A stretch of DNA of 64,000 nucleotides. Origin: Asaia bogorensis. Lineage in GTDB: Bacteria > Pseudomonadota > Alphaproteobacteria > SHVZ01. Positions 1-13,213 of this stretch are shown one piece after another. The position numbers and the translations under genes were made by a program. The stretch's first letter is position 1, and every line of letters begins with the position of its first letter. The stretch spans positions 2,143-66,142 of the forward strand of contig CAMDFP010000001.1 of NCBI GenBank assembly GCA_945897335.1, given 5' to 3'. The notes below the pieces were generated by a model. That model did not search any database and was not told the origin of the DNA. It saw only the letters and a list, made by a program, of their open reading frames with translations.

Positions 1-998
1 GGATACTGGTAGCCCGGCTGCAGGTCGTAGGCGCCGTCGGAGGCGACCTCCATGATCTCCTCCATGTCGAGGCCGATCTGCATGGCGCGGCGCACGTCGA
101 GCTTGTCGAAGGGCGGGTTGGCGTGGTTCACGAACGCCATCTGGATCCACCAGCGCTGCACCGGATGCAGCACGATCGACTTGTTGTCCTTCAGCCGCTT
201 CGCCGCCTTGGTCGGCACGTCCTCGACCAGGTGGAGCTGGCCGGTCTCGAGGCCGGCGACGCGGGCGACGCCCTCCTTGGTGTAGCGGAAGTCGAGCTCG
301 TCGAGATACGCGGTCTTGTGGCCGCCGAAGCCCGAGGTGCCCTTGTGGCGGGTGTCGGCGGTGTAGCCGTCATAGCGCTTCAGCTTCACATGGCTGTCGG
401 CCCGCCACTCGACATGCTGGTAGGGGCCGGTGCCGATGGGGTCGGCCTTGTTGGCCTCGCGGTCCTTCTGGTCGGCCGGATAGATCACGATCGGGTTGGC
501 GAAGGAGCTGATCTGCTCGAGGAAGATCGGCACCTTGTTCTTGAGCACGATGCGGAAGGTGTCGGCATCGGGGGCCGACATCTCGGCGATCGGATCGAGG
601 TCGGAGCGCAGGATGCCGACGCGCTTGAAGCGCTCGAACGAGGCCAGCACGTCGGCCGAGGTCAGCGCCTTTCCGTTATGGAACTTGATCCCCTTGCGGA
701 CCTTGAAGGTGTAGGAGAGCCCGTCCGGCGCCTCGACCAGGCTCTCGGCCAGCTCCAGCATCGGCGCATTGTTCTCGTCGCGGGTGATCAGCTGCTCGTA
801 CATCTGCATGACGACGTTGCGCGCGGCGATGTTGGTGGTGGTGTGCATGTCGAGCGTCGGCGGCCCGGCCTCCTGGCCGATCACCGCGGTTCCGCCCTTC
901 TTCTGAGCGTGCGCCGGCGCGGCGGCGAAGGCCGCGGCGCCGATCAAGGCAAGGCTCAGGATGGTGCTGCTCAAATACGCTCCCGGTCGGTACGCCAT
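1..998 (-). CDS. ABC transporter substrate-binding protein, family 5 (DppA/OppA-like), truncated at the window edge
   Basis: Minus-strand translation from the ATG at 998 gives MAYRPGAYLSSTILSLALIGAAAFAAAPAHAQKKGGTAVIGQEAGPPTLDMHTTTNIAARNVV..., a signal peptide followed by a family-5 solute-binding fold. The ORF runs off the window start, which is why the track omits it. The overlapping plus-strand 884-aa ORF (123..2777) is an off-frame artefact. Confidence 0.8.
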   Translation of the reverse strand, partial: MAYRPGAYLSSTILSLALIGAAAFAAAPAHAQKKGGTAVIGQEAGPPTLDMHTTTNIAARNVVMQMYEQLITRDENNAPMLELAESLVEAPDGLSYTFKVRKGIKFHNGKALTSADVLASFERFKRVGILRSDLDPIAEMSAPDADTFRIVLKNKVPIFLEQISSFANPIVIYPADQKDREANKADPIGTGPYQHVEWRADSHVKLKRYDGYTADTRHKGTSGFGGHKTAYLDELDFRYTKEGVARVAGLETGQLHLVEDVPTKAAKRLKDNKSIVLHPVQRWWIQMAFVNHANPPFDKLDVRRAMQIGLDMEEIMEVASDGAYDLQPGYQY

Positions 999-1118
999 GT
1001 CGGTTCCCCTTCGAGACTGTTGGCCAGCAAGGTCTTAAAGGCGCCGGGCATCCGGCCCCCTCGGACAGCCTGTTCCTCGATTTTCCGATCGTCAACAAGG
1101 GTAGGCCAAGCACGAAAG

Positions 1119-2336
1119 CTAGCGCTCCTCCGGCGGCTTCACATGGCGGAACTGGTACAGCAACAGCAGGTCGTAGACGGTCTTGATCGTGCCGGCGAGG
1201 ACCAGCGGCAGCGCCTGGAATCCTGCGGCGAACAGCGCGCCGCCGATCGAGGGCGTAATCGCGGACGCGATCGAGCGCGGCACCACGGTGAAGCTCGCCG
1301 CCGCCGGCCGCTCGGCCTCGGTCACCACCGCCATGACGTAGGAGGTGCGGGTCGGCACGTCCATCTGCGAGAGCGCGGCGCGGATCAAGAGAAGCACCAG
1401 CACGATCGGCAAGGACGGCGCGAAGGCCGCGGCGATCAGGCAGAGATTCGCCGGGATGTGGGTGAACACCATGGTGTTGATCAGTCCGATGCGGCGCGCC
1501 AGCCAGGCCGCGACCGGAAAGGAGAAGGCCGAGAGCACGCCCGACCAGAAGAAGAAGAGGCCGGCGGCCGTCAGCGACAGGTCGAACCGCTCGAACAGCC
1601 AGAGCGCCAGCAGCGACTGCACGACGAAGCCCGAGCCGAAGGAGTCGATGCTGAAGATCATGGCGAGCCGGATGACGATGCCCCGCGACGGTCCCAGCGC
1701 CGCGACCGGCCCGGCAACCTTTACCGGCGGCCGCGGCGGGATCCGCCCATAGATGACGCCGCCGACGAGGCCGAGGATGGCGTAGAGCACGAACATCGCG
1801 CGGATCGCCGGGAGCTGGTCGAGCCCGAACGGCGCCAGGTAGTCCGGCGTCGCCGCGGCGAGAGCGCCCAACGCCCCGGCAAAGGCACCGGCCAGGCTGT
1901 AGCGGGCGAACATCCGCGTGCGCTCGCCGGCGGCCGCCTCGCGGGTCAGGATCGTCTGCTCGAGCGGCGCGAAGACGCTGACGCTGCCGGACGACGGGTT
2001 GATCGTGCCGGCGAAGGCCACCAGCAAAAGCAGAGCGAAGTCGTGGACGACGGCGAATGCGACGCCGCTCGCGATCATCAGGCCCGATGCCGCGATCAAG
2101 AGCCGGCGCTGATCGTGGCGGCCGCCGATCATGCCGACGCCGAGCGTGAGCAGCGAGGACCCCAGCAGCGCCACGGTGGCCAGCATGCCGACCTCCATGG
2201 CCGAGAACCCGAGCGCCGTCAGGTGGACCGGCAACAGCACGGCGACGAAGCCGTCGCCGAAATCACGGACGGCCCTGGCCGCGAAGAGAGACGCGGTGGG
2301 CGAGATCGACGCGGGAGAGATCTTCGGTTCGTCCAT
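1119..2336 (-). CDS. MFS transporter
   Basis: 405-aa protein with about 12 predicted hydrophobic helices and MFS-like composition (…GFSAMEVGMLATVALLGSSLL…). Confidence 0.8.
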   Translation of the reverse strand: MDEPKISPASISPTASLFAARAVRDFGDGFVAVLLPVHLTALGFSAMEVGMLATVALLGSSLLTLGVGMIGGRHDQRRLLIAASGLMIASGVAFAVVHDFALLLLVAFAGTINPSSGSVSVFAPLEQTILTREAAAGERTRMFARYSLAGAFAGALGALAAATPDYLAPFGLDQLPAIRAMFVLYAILGLVGGVIYGRIPPRPPVKVAGPVAALGPSRGIVIRLAMIFSIDSFGSGFVVQSLLALWLFERFDLSLTAAGLFFFWSGVLSAFSFPVAAWLARRIGLINTMVFTHIPANLCLIAAAFAPSLPIVLVLLLIRAALSQMDVPTRTSYVMAVVTEAERPAAASFTVVPRSIASAITPSIGGALFAAGFQALPLVLAGTIKTVYDLLLLYQFRHVKPPEER

Positions 2337-2444
2337 GGGCGCGCACCTCGCGAGGCGGGTTTGCGCAGAGCTTGGACGAGAAGTCTTGAGGGGAGTCTGC
2401 GGCCCCCGCCGATCAGATACGCCGGTCGGAAGGCGCGCGCAAGC

Positions 2445-4934
<2,490 letters not shown>

Positions 4935-4935
4935 G

Positions 4936-5421
4936 TCAGCCTCGCTTCGTCAGACGGAGCACCAGGCAACCATCGACGAGCTCGTTGTGGTCCAGCCGCA
5001 GCCGCGCCGAGACGAGCTGGATGCGGCGCTCGAAGCGTCCGTGCGGGATCTCCAGGCGGTGGATGGCGGCTCTGCGGGCCGCCGCCGGCAGCGGGCGATG
5101 GCCGGACAGCACCAGCGTGTCGCCCTCGACATGCACGGCGAGATTCCGGGGTTCGACGCCCGGAAGGGCGGCCTGGATCCATACCTCGGTGTCGGTTTCG
5201 AAGATGTCGACCGGCGGCGACCACGCGCTCGTCTCCCCGGGCTCGAAGAAACGACGATTCAGGCGCTCCGCGCGGTCGAGAAGGGCGCAGGCCTCCGTCC
5301 ACATCCAGGTCCGCGGGTCATCTGCTGCCATGGTCTTGCGCTGCGGCCTTCCGAAATCACTGCCCATCCTCCTACCAACCACCTCCGGAGGCCGTGGTTG
5401 CAGCGGAATTGATTCAATCAT
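4936..5421 (-). CDS. Hsp20/alpha-crystallin family small heat-shock protein
   Basis: The alpha-crystallin core (WSPPVDIFETDTEVWIQAALPGVEPRNLAVHVEGDTLVLSGHR…IPHGRFERRIQL) is present. It lies 1 bp upstream of lon on the same strand. The start codon is uncertain; in-frame ATGs at 5421, 5367 and 5331 are all possible. Confidence 0.8.
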   Translation of the reverse strand: MIESIPLQPRPPEVVGRRMGSDFGRPQRKTMAADDPRTWMWTEACALLDRAERLNRRFFEPGETSAWSPPVDIFETDTEVWIQAALPGVEPRNLAVHVEGDTLVLSGHRPLPAAARRAAIHRLEIPHGRFERRIQLVSARLRLDHNELVDGCLVLRLTKRG

Positions 5422-5486
5422 GAGGTGCAGCTCTCGGAACCGCCTTGATCTGCGTCAATGCCGGCAGATTCCGCGGGGCGTTCGGT

Positions 5487-6651
<1,165 letters not shown>

Positions 6652-6664
6652 GTCGGCCTCCGCC

Positions 6665-7462
6665 TTAAGGATCGTGCATCACCGGGACGCAGAGATATTG
6701 CCCGATCGCGGGCCCCGCGGGCACCCGGATCACGTCGATCGGTGTGTCGTAGAGCGCCGCCAGCGCCGCCGCGTCGAGCAGCGTCTCCGGTGCCGCCGGC
6801 CCGGCCAGCCGCCCGTCCTTCAGCAGCGCCACGCGGCCGCCGGCGGCGAAGGCGTGGTCGGGCAGATGCGTAGTCATCAGGATGCTGTAGCCCTCGTGGG
6901 TCAGCTGCCGGATGACGCGGATGATCCTCACCTGATTGCCGATGTCGAGCCCGGCGCAGGGCTCGTCCATCACGAGGATGGTCGAGCCCTGGGCCAGCGC
7001 GCGGGCGACCAGCACCATCTGCCGCTCGCCGCCGCTGAGCTCGAGGAAGGACCGTTCCGCCAGATGCCCGATGCCGAGCCTGGCCATCGCCGCCAGCGCG
7101 AGCCGGCGATCCTCCGGCGTCGGGCTCGCCATGAACGCCAGATGCGGGCTTCGCCCCATCAGCACGACGTCGAAGGCCTGGAAGGCGAAGACCGTGGAGG
7201 TATCCTGCGGCACGTAGGCGACAAGCCGCGCCGACTCGGCCGGGCTCAGGCTGGCGAGGTCGCGGCCGAAGAGCTCGATGCGGCCGCGGGCGACGCGCTC
7301 CAGGCCCAGGAGGCAGCGGAGCAGCGTGGTCTTGCCGGTGCCGTTGGGCCCGAGCAGGCAGAGCGACTGCCCGGCTTCGAGAGCGAAGGAGACGCCGTCC
7401 AGCAGCAGCGGTCCGCCGGGATAGCCGAAGCCGATGCCCTCGGCCTTGAGGCTCAGAACCAT
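6665..7462 (-). CDS. ABC transporter ATP-binding protein (FecE/HmuV-like)
   Basis: Walker A GPNGTGKTTLLRCLLG, signature LSGGERQMV, Walker B ILVMDEP. Confidence 0.9.
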   Translation of the reverse strand: MVLSLKAEGIGFGYPGGPLLLDGVSFALEAGQSLCLLGPNGTGKTTLLRCLLGLERVARGRIELFGRDLASLSPAESARLVAYVPQDTSTVFAFQAFDVVLMGRSPHLAFMASPTPEDRRLALAAMARLGIGHLAERSFLELSGGERQMVLVARALAQGSTILVMDEPCAGLDIGNQVRIIRVIRQLTHEGYSILMTTHLPDHAFAAGGRVALLKDGRLAGPAAPETLLDAAALAALYDTPIDVIRVPAGPAIGQYLCVPVMHDP

Positions 7463-8498
7463 TGACGACGCGTGCGGGCGAGAACCAGGGCGAAGAACGG
7501 TGCGCCGATCAGCGCGGTCAGGATGCCGAGCGGGATCTCGGTGGTGCCGGGAAAGCGCGCCAGGTTGTCGATGCCGAGCAGGAAGCCGCCGCCGATCAGC
7601 GCCGACATCGGCAGCACGGCGGGAAAGCGCGGTCCCACCAGCATGCGGACGATGTGCGGGATCAGGAGGCCGACCCAGCCGACGATGCCGCTGATGCTGA
7701 CGCAGGCGGCCGTCATCAGCGTCGCCGCCAGGATCAGAGCCAGGCGCACGCGGCGGACGTCGATGCCCATGGTGCGGGCCTCGTCCTCGCCGGCGGCCAG
7801 CGCATGCACCTGCCAGCGGAGCGCATGCAGGACGAATCCGGCGATCGCGATCGGGATCAGGGCTGAGAGCAGCGTCGCCGCGCTCATCCGGTGGAGGCCG
7901 CCCAAGAGCCAGAAGGTGATGGTCGGGAGCTGGTTCAACGGATCGGCGGCGATCTTGATCAGCGAGATCAAAGCCTGGAAGAAGGCCGAGACGACGAGGC
8001 CGGCGACCACCAGCACCAGGGTCGCGTGGCGGTCGAAGGACCGCCCGAGCCAGACGGTGAAGGCGACGGCGACGAGGCCCAGCAGGAACGCCATGCCCTG
8101 GATGCCGAAGCCCGGCATGCCGAGGATGATGCCGAGCGCAGCACCGAAGCCGGCACCGGCCGAGACGCCGAGCACGCCGGGCGAGACCAGCGGGTTCCGG
8201 AACAGGTTCTGGTATGTCGCCCCGGCGCAGGCGAGCGCGCCGCCGACCAGGAGCGCCGCTGCGACGCGGGGGCCGCGCACGTCGAGCACCACCATCTCGA
8301 CCGCGTCGGTCCAGGTCTTTTCGACCAGGCCGAGGCGGCTGAGGAACACCGATACCACCGTCCCCGCCGGGATCGGATAGGGGCCGATTGTGAAGGAGAA
8401 CAGGAAGAGCGCCAGCACACTCAAGCCGCTGCCCAGCAGGAGCAGGTTCAGCCGGGCATTGCCGGCCGCGGCGATCGGCGCCGCGCGACTGTCTTGGG
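7453..8498 (-). CDS. FecCD-family ABC permease (iron complex/B12 importer)
   Basis: About 10 TM helices with the FecCD-family pattern (…LLVGGALACAGATYQNLFRNPLVSPGVLGVSAGAGFGAAL…). It overlaps the ATPase start by 10 nt. The track ORF extends to 8778 with a non-membrane R/G-rich N-terminus. I place the start at the GTG at 8498 (VSLSQDSR…); start is uncertain. Confidence 0.75.
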
Positions 8499-8628
8499 AA
8501 AGGCTCACGACGGTTTCCGGATTTCGGGGCCTGGCAGGGAGATCCGGCGACCCTATCGCCGTCTCGCGGGTTCGTGCAAGCCGGCGGCGACCGGAGGTAA
8601 CCTTAAGCCGGAAGATGGAGATTTCCCC

Positions 8629-9663
8629 ATGAGCCTGACCCTCGGGATCGCCGGCGCCGGCCTGATCGGCCGCGCCCATGTCGACCGCATGCGCCGGTCC
8701 GCCGAGTGCCGGCTGGCCGCCATCGCCGATCCCGGGCCGGAGGCGGCGGCCTATGCCGGCTCGCTGGGCGTCGCGCATTACGCCGACCTCGACGCCATGC
8801 TCTCAGGCGAGCGCCTGGACGGCGTGATCGTCGCCACCCCCAACGCCGCGCATGCGCCCAACGCGCTCTCCTGCATCGCGCGCGAGCTGCCGGTGCTGAT
8901 CGAGAAGCCGCTGGCGGAGTCTCTCGCCAATGCCGAGCGGATCGTCGAGGCGGCGGAGCGCGCGAACGTGCCGGTGCTGGTCGGCCATCACCGGAGGCAC
9001 AACCCGATCCTGCAGCAGGCCCGCGACATCGTGCGACGCGGCGAGATCGGGCGCATCGCGACGGTCGCGGCCCTTGCCGCCTTCCTCAAGCCCGATCCCT
9101 ATTTCGACACCGCCTGGCGCCGCGAGCCCGGCGGCGGCCCGGTGCTGATCAACCTGATCCACCTGATCGACGACCTCCGCTTCCTCCTGGGCGAGATCGC
9201 CGAGATCAAGGCGATCGGCTCGAACGCGATCCGCGGGTTCCCGGTCGAGGACAGCGCCGCGGCGGTGCTGCGCTTCGAAAGCGGCGCGCTCGGCACCATC
9301 GCGCTTTCGGACGCCGCCGCGGCGCCGTGGAGCTGGGAGCTGACCGCGGGCGAGAACCCCGCCTACCCGCAGCAGCCCGAGGATTGCTACCTGATCGCCG
9401 GCACCGCCGGTTCGCTGGCGGTGCCGAGCCTGCGCCGCTGGCGCTACAAGGGGACGGCAAGCTGGACCGCGCCGCTGACGGCGGAGCGGACGGAACGCCC
9501 GCTGGCCGATCCGCTGGACCGGCAGCTGGCCCATTTCTGTGCGGTCATCCGCGGCGAGGCCGAGCCGATCATCGACGGCCGCGACGCGTTCCGCACGCTC
9601 GCGGCGACGCTCGCGATTCGTGAGGCCTCCGATCCGGCGCGGAGCGGCGACGGCCGCGCCTGA
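8629..9663 (+). CDS. Gfo/Idh/MocA family oxidoreductase
   Basis: MSLTLGIAGAGLIGRAHVDRM… gives an N-terminal Rossmann motif GxGxxG, followed by the EKP motif (VLIEKPLAESL). GGAG lies 8 nt upstream of the ATG at 8629. The track's 590-aa ORF is an upstream in-frame extension. Confidence 0.85.
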   Translation: MSLTLGIAGAGLIGRAHVDRMRRSAECRLAAIADPGPEAAAYAGSLGVAHYADLDAMLSGERLDGVIVATPNAAHAPNALSCIARELPVLIEKPLAESLANAERIVEAAERANVPVLVGHHRRHNPILQQARDIVRRGEIGRIATVAALAAFLKPDPYFDTAWRREPGGGPVLINLIHLIDDLRFLLGEIAEIKAIGSNAIRGFPVEDSAAAVLRFESGALGTIALSDAAAAPWSWELTAGENPAYPQQPEDCYLIAGTAGSLAVPSLRRWRYKGTASWTAPLTAERTERPLADPLDRQLAHFCAVIRGEAEPIIDGRDAFRTLAATLAIREASDPARSGDGRA

Positions 9664-9709
9664 AGCTGTTATTCATCAGGGAGTCGCTTCCCCTCCCCAT
9701 GGTGCGCCC

Positions 9710-10477
9710 ATGTCCGATCCGATCCGCCTCACCCGCCGCCTCCTGCTCGGCGTGCTGCTGGCCGCCCTGCCCGCAACCGCGAGAGCCCAGGGCACCCTGC
9801 TCGATCGCGGACGCAGCCTGCTCGGCGGAACCGGAAGCCCGACAGGCGGCGCCACGGGAGCGGGTGCCAGCCTGAGCGAGGGCGAGATCGGCGGCGGGCT
9901 CAAGGATGCGCTGAAAGTCGCCACTCAGCGGGTGGTCGGCCGCACCGGCAAGACCGACGGCTTCAACGGCGATCCAGCGATCCGGGTGCCGCTGCCCGGC
10001 CCGCTCCAGCAGATCCAGGGGCCGCTGAAGTCGCTCGGCGCTGGCGGCCTTCTCGACGACCTGCAGCTCAAGATGAACCGCGCGGTCGAGGAAGCGGCGC
10101 CGAAGGCGCTCGACATCTTCGTCAATGCCATCTCCAGGATGTCGATCGCCGATGCGCGCGGCATCCTCACCGGGCCGAAGGATTCGGCCACCCAGTATTT
10201 CCGCCGCACCACCTCCAGCGACCTCACCGGCGCCTTCCGGCCGATCGTCGACAGGAGCCTCGCCAATGTCGGCGCCGTCGGTGCTTACAAGGCGGTCGAG
10301 TCGAAGACGGCCAGCCTGCCGCTCGGCGGCGGTGGCCTTTCCGGCTTCAACCTGACCGACTTCACCGTCGGCAAGGGCCTGGACGGGCTGTTCCATTACC
10401 TGGCGGTGGAAGAGGACCAGATCCGCACCAACCCGGCGGCACGCTCGACCGACCTCCTGAAGAAGGTCTTCGGCTGA
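9710..10477 (+). CDS. secreted DUF4197-family protein (recalled from memory, not searched)
   Basis: Signal peptide MSDPIRLTRRLLLGVLLAALPATARAQG. The body (…GGLKDALKVATQRVV…DLLKKVFG) matches my recollection of DUF4197 proteins. I chose the in-frame ATG at 9710. Confidence 0.55.
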   Translation: MSDPIRLTRRLLLGVLLAALPATARAQGTLLDRGRSLLGGTGSPTGGATGAGASLSEGEIGGGLKDALKVATQRVVGRTGKTDGFNGDPAIRVPLPGPLQQIQGPLKSLGAGGLLDDLQLKMNRAVEEAAPKALDIFVNAISRMSIADARGILTGPKDSATQYFRRTTSSDLTGAFRPIVDRSLANVGAVGAYKAVESKTASLPLGGGGLSGFNLTDFTVGKGLDGLFHYLAVEEDQIRTNPAARSTDLLKKVFG

Positions 10478-10573
10478 GGCTCCGGACGTTCCGCCGGACG
10501 CGCTGAAAGGTCGGCGCGTCGCCCCGTCGCCGCGTAATCTTCCGCCGAGATCAGATCCTCGGGGAGAGAGACC

Positions 10574-11596
10574 GTGAATACCAACCAGACGATCGGCGTC
10601 GGCCTCATCGGCGCCGGCATCATGGGCCAGGCGCACGCAGCCGCCGTCGCCCTCGATCCTCGCGCCCGCTTCGTCGGCGTCGCCAGCCTGGAAGGCGCCC
10701 ACGAGATCGCGGGAAAATACCCCGGCACTTTCGCGACCAGGGATTACCGCGACCTGCTGGCGCGGAAGGACATCACGGTGGTGATCGTGGCCACGCCCGA
10801 TCACGCCCATTTCGCCATCTGCAAGGAAGCGATCGAAGCCGGCAAGAACGTGCTGGTGGAGAAGCCGCTGACGGTCGACCTGGACGAGGCCGACAAGCTG
10901 ATCGAGATCGTCAGGCGCTCCGGCCTCAAGCTGATGACCTGCTTCAGCCATCGCTGGATCCCGCCCTACTGGGCCGCGCACGAGGCGGTCGAGGCGGGCC
11001 GGCTCGGCCGCCCGGTGCTGGCCTATGCCAGGAAGAACGACACCATCTTCGTGCCCACCAAGATGCTGTCCTGGGCCGCCGGCACGACGTCGGCCTGGTT
11101 CCTCTCCAGCCACGACATCGACCTGGTCAGCTGGTACATGGGCGACCGCGCGGTCGAGGTCTATGCGACCGCGGTCTGGGGCGTGCTGCGCGGGCGCGGC
11201 ATCGAGACGCCGGATGCGATCCAGGCCCAGGTGCGCTTCGCCAAGGGCGGCGTCGCCACCTTCGAATCCTGCTGGATCTACCCCAACAGCTTCCCGACCA
11301 TGACCGACAGCTTCATCGAGATCGTCGGCGAGGCCGGCGTCATCCACCTGGAGCGCAAGGCCGAGCAGCTCGAGATCGCGACCGAGCAGGGCTATGAATG
11401 GCCGCGCACGCTGATCAAGCCGATCATCGCCGGCCGCCAGCAGGGCGCCCTGACGGAGATGGTGCACCACCTGATCGCCTGCGTCCGCGACGACAAGCCG
11501 CCGCTGGTGACGCTGGAAAGCTCGCGCGAAGTCACGGCGATCCTCGATGCCATCCACCGCTCCACGTCCAGCGGCAAGCCCGAGACGGTGAACTGA
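10574..11596 (+). CDS. Gfo/Idh/MocA family oxidoreductase
   Basis: GTG start at 10574 preceded by GGGGAGAGAG. IGVGLIGAGIMGQAHAAA Rossmann motif and VLVEKPLTVDL. Confidence 0.85.
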   Translation: MNTNQTIGVGLIGAGIMGQAHAAAVALDPRARFVGVASLEGAHEIAGKYPGTFATRDYRDLLARKDITVVIVATPDHAHFAICKEAIEAGKNVLVEKPLTVDLDEADKLIEIVRRSGLKLMTCFSHRWIPPYWAAHEAVEAGRLGRPVLAYARKNDTIFVPTKMLSWAAGTTSAWFLSSHDIDLVSWYMGDRAVEVYATAVWGVLRGRGIETPDAIQAQVRFAKGGVATFESCWIYPNSFPTMTDSFIEIVGEAGVIHLERKAEQLEIATEQGYEWPRTLIKPIIAGRQQGALTEMVHHLIACVRDDKPPLVTLESSREVTAILDAIHRSTSSGKPETVN

Positions 11597-11683
11597 CGCC
11601 GCATTTGCCGGGTGCAGCCTGCCCCGGACGACCGTATCTTCCGCCATGATGGCCGGATCGACCGGCAGGCTGGGGGACGTCGG

Positions 11684-13213
11684 ATGAGATCGCTGCAGGC
11701 CGTTACCTATCGCGCGACGCCCGCGGCGCTGGCCTCCCAAGCGCCTTTGCGCCGCTTCGCCGGCCCCTGGTCGCTGTGGGCGCTCGGCGTCAGCGTCGTC
11801 ATCTCGGGCGAGTTCTCCGGCTGGAACACCGGCCTGACCGTCGGCGGGTTCGGCGGCCTGCTGATCGCAACCATCGTCATCTCGGTCATGTATCTCGCCC
11901 TCGCCTTCTCGCTCGCCGAGATGTCGGCGGCGATGCCGCACGCGGGAGCGGCCTACAGCTTCGCGCGCACCGCCCTCGGGCCGATCGGGGGATGCGCCGC
12001 GGGCCTTGCCCAGATCATTTCATACGTGATGGCCGGTGCCGCCGTGGTGGTCACGCTCGGGGCCTATCTGCAGTCGCTCCTCTCCGCGCACTCCACCCTG
12101 AGCCTGCCCGAGCCGGTCTGGTGGGCCCTGCTCTACATCCTGTTCGTCGGGCTCAACATGCACGGCGCGGCGACGACGTTCCGGGTGGCGATCGTCCTCT
12201 CCATCGCCGCGCTCAGCGCCCTCGCCGGCTTCTGGGTGATCGCCCTGCCGGCCTTCGACCTCGATCTGGCGCTCAACGTGCCGGTGACAGCCGGCGGCAC
12301 GATCTACCTGCCCCACGGCCTGACCGGAATCGCCTGGGCGATCCCTTACGCGATCTGGTTCTATCTCGCGATCGAATCGGTGCCGCTCGCCGCCGAGGAA
12401 TCGGCGCGGCCTGCGTACGGCGTGCCGCGCGGCCTCGGCTGGGGCATCGTCACGCTGGTCGTCGCCGCCCTCGTCACCCTGGTGCTCAACAGCGGCGCGC
12501 CGCCGGGCGCTGCCGTGATCGGTGCCTCGCTGGAGCCGCTGGTGGCCGGGTACACCGGCATCCTCGGCGAGGGCAAGCGCCCCGCGCTGCTGGCGGCGAT
12601 CGGCATCGCCGGCCAGGCAGCCAGTTTCCACGCCACGATCTACGCCTTCGGCCGGGCGATCTTCGCCATGGCCCGGTCCGGCTACCTGCCGACGGCCCTG
12701 GCCCTGACCCTGCCCGGCCGCGCCACGCCGCACTACGCCCTGATCGCCGGCAGCGTGATCGGCTATCTGGTGGCGCTGGCCGGCAGCCTCATTCCCGAGG
12801 AGATCGGTCTCGGCGCGGCGCTGATCAGCATGTCGGCGTTCGCCGCGGTCATTTCCTACATCCTGCAGATGCTGGCGTTCGCGCGTCTGCGCCGACGCAA
12901 CCCCGATCTGCCGAGGCCCTATGTGAGCCCGCTCGGCGCGACCGGCGCGGTGACCGCGCTGGTCATCGCCATCGCGGCTCTCCTGTTCATGTTCCTGGAT
13001 CCGACGCTGCGCGCCGGCATGTTCGGCTGCGCCGCCATCCTCGCGGCCGGGCTCGCCTACTTCCTGCTTTTCGCGCGGCACCGGCTGATCCGCTCGCCCG
13101 AGGAAACCTTCGCTCTGGCCCAGAGCGGCCACGAGCGCGACGCCCTGGAACTCACCGGCGAAGCCGCCCCGGCCGAGACGCCGACCCGCACGGACACGCG
13201 CGCCCATGGCTGA
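11684..13213 (+). CDS. APC-superfamily amino acid/ethanolamine-type permease
   Basis: About 12 TM helices with ethanolamine-permease-like N-terminal composition (WSLWALGVSVVISGEFSGWNTGL…). ATG at 11684 with GGGGGA 7 nt upstream; the track ORF starts earlier at 11612. Confidence 0.75.
   Translation: MRSLQAVTYRATPAALASQAPLRRFAGPWSLWALGVSVVISGEFSGWNTGLTVGGFGGLLIATIVISVMYLALAFSLAEMSAAMPHAGAAYSFARTALGPIGGCAAGLAQIISYVMAGAAVVVTLGAYLQSLLSAHSTLSLPEPVWWALLYILFVGLNMHGAATTFRVAIVLSIAALSALAGFWVIALPAFDLDLALNVPVTAGGTIYLPHGLTGIAWAIPYAIWFYLAIESVPLAAEESARPAYGVPRGLGWGIVTLVVAALVTLVLNSGAPPGAAVIGASLEPLVAGYTGILGEGKRPALLAAIGIAGQAASFHATIYAFGRAIFAMARSGYLPTALALTLPGRATPHYALIAGSVIGYLVALAGSLIPEEIGLGAALISMSAFAAVISYILQMLAFARLRRRNPDLPRPYVSPLGATGAVTALVIAIAALLFMFLDPTLRAGMFGCAAILAAGLAYFLLFARHRLIRSPEETFALAQSGHERDALELTGEAAPAETPTRTDTRAHG

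Noticed and set aside
7891-8628. Upstream extension of the Gfo/Idh/MocA ORF (the track's 590-aa version)
   Set aside because: The Rossmann GxGxxG begins immediately after the ATG at 8629, which has GGAG at -8. The upstream portion is antisense to the FecCD permease.
8499-8628. Possible cobalamin riboswitch or Fur/Irr box in the leader of the FecCD-type importer
   Set aside because: I looked for a B12 box (GCCACTG-like) and for iron-box palindromes on both strands and found no convincing match. The spacer is only about 130 nt.
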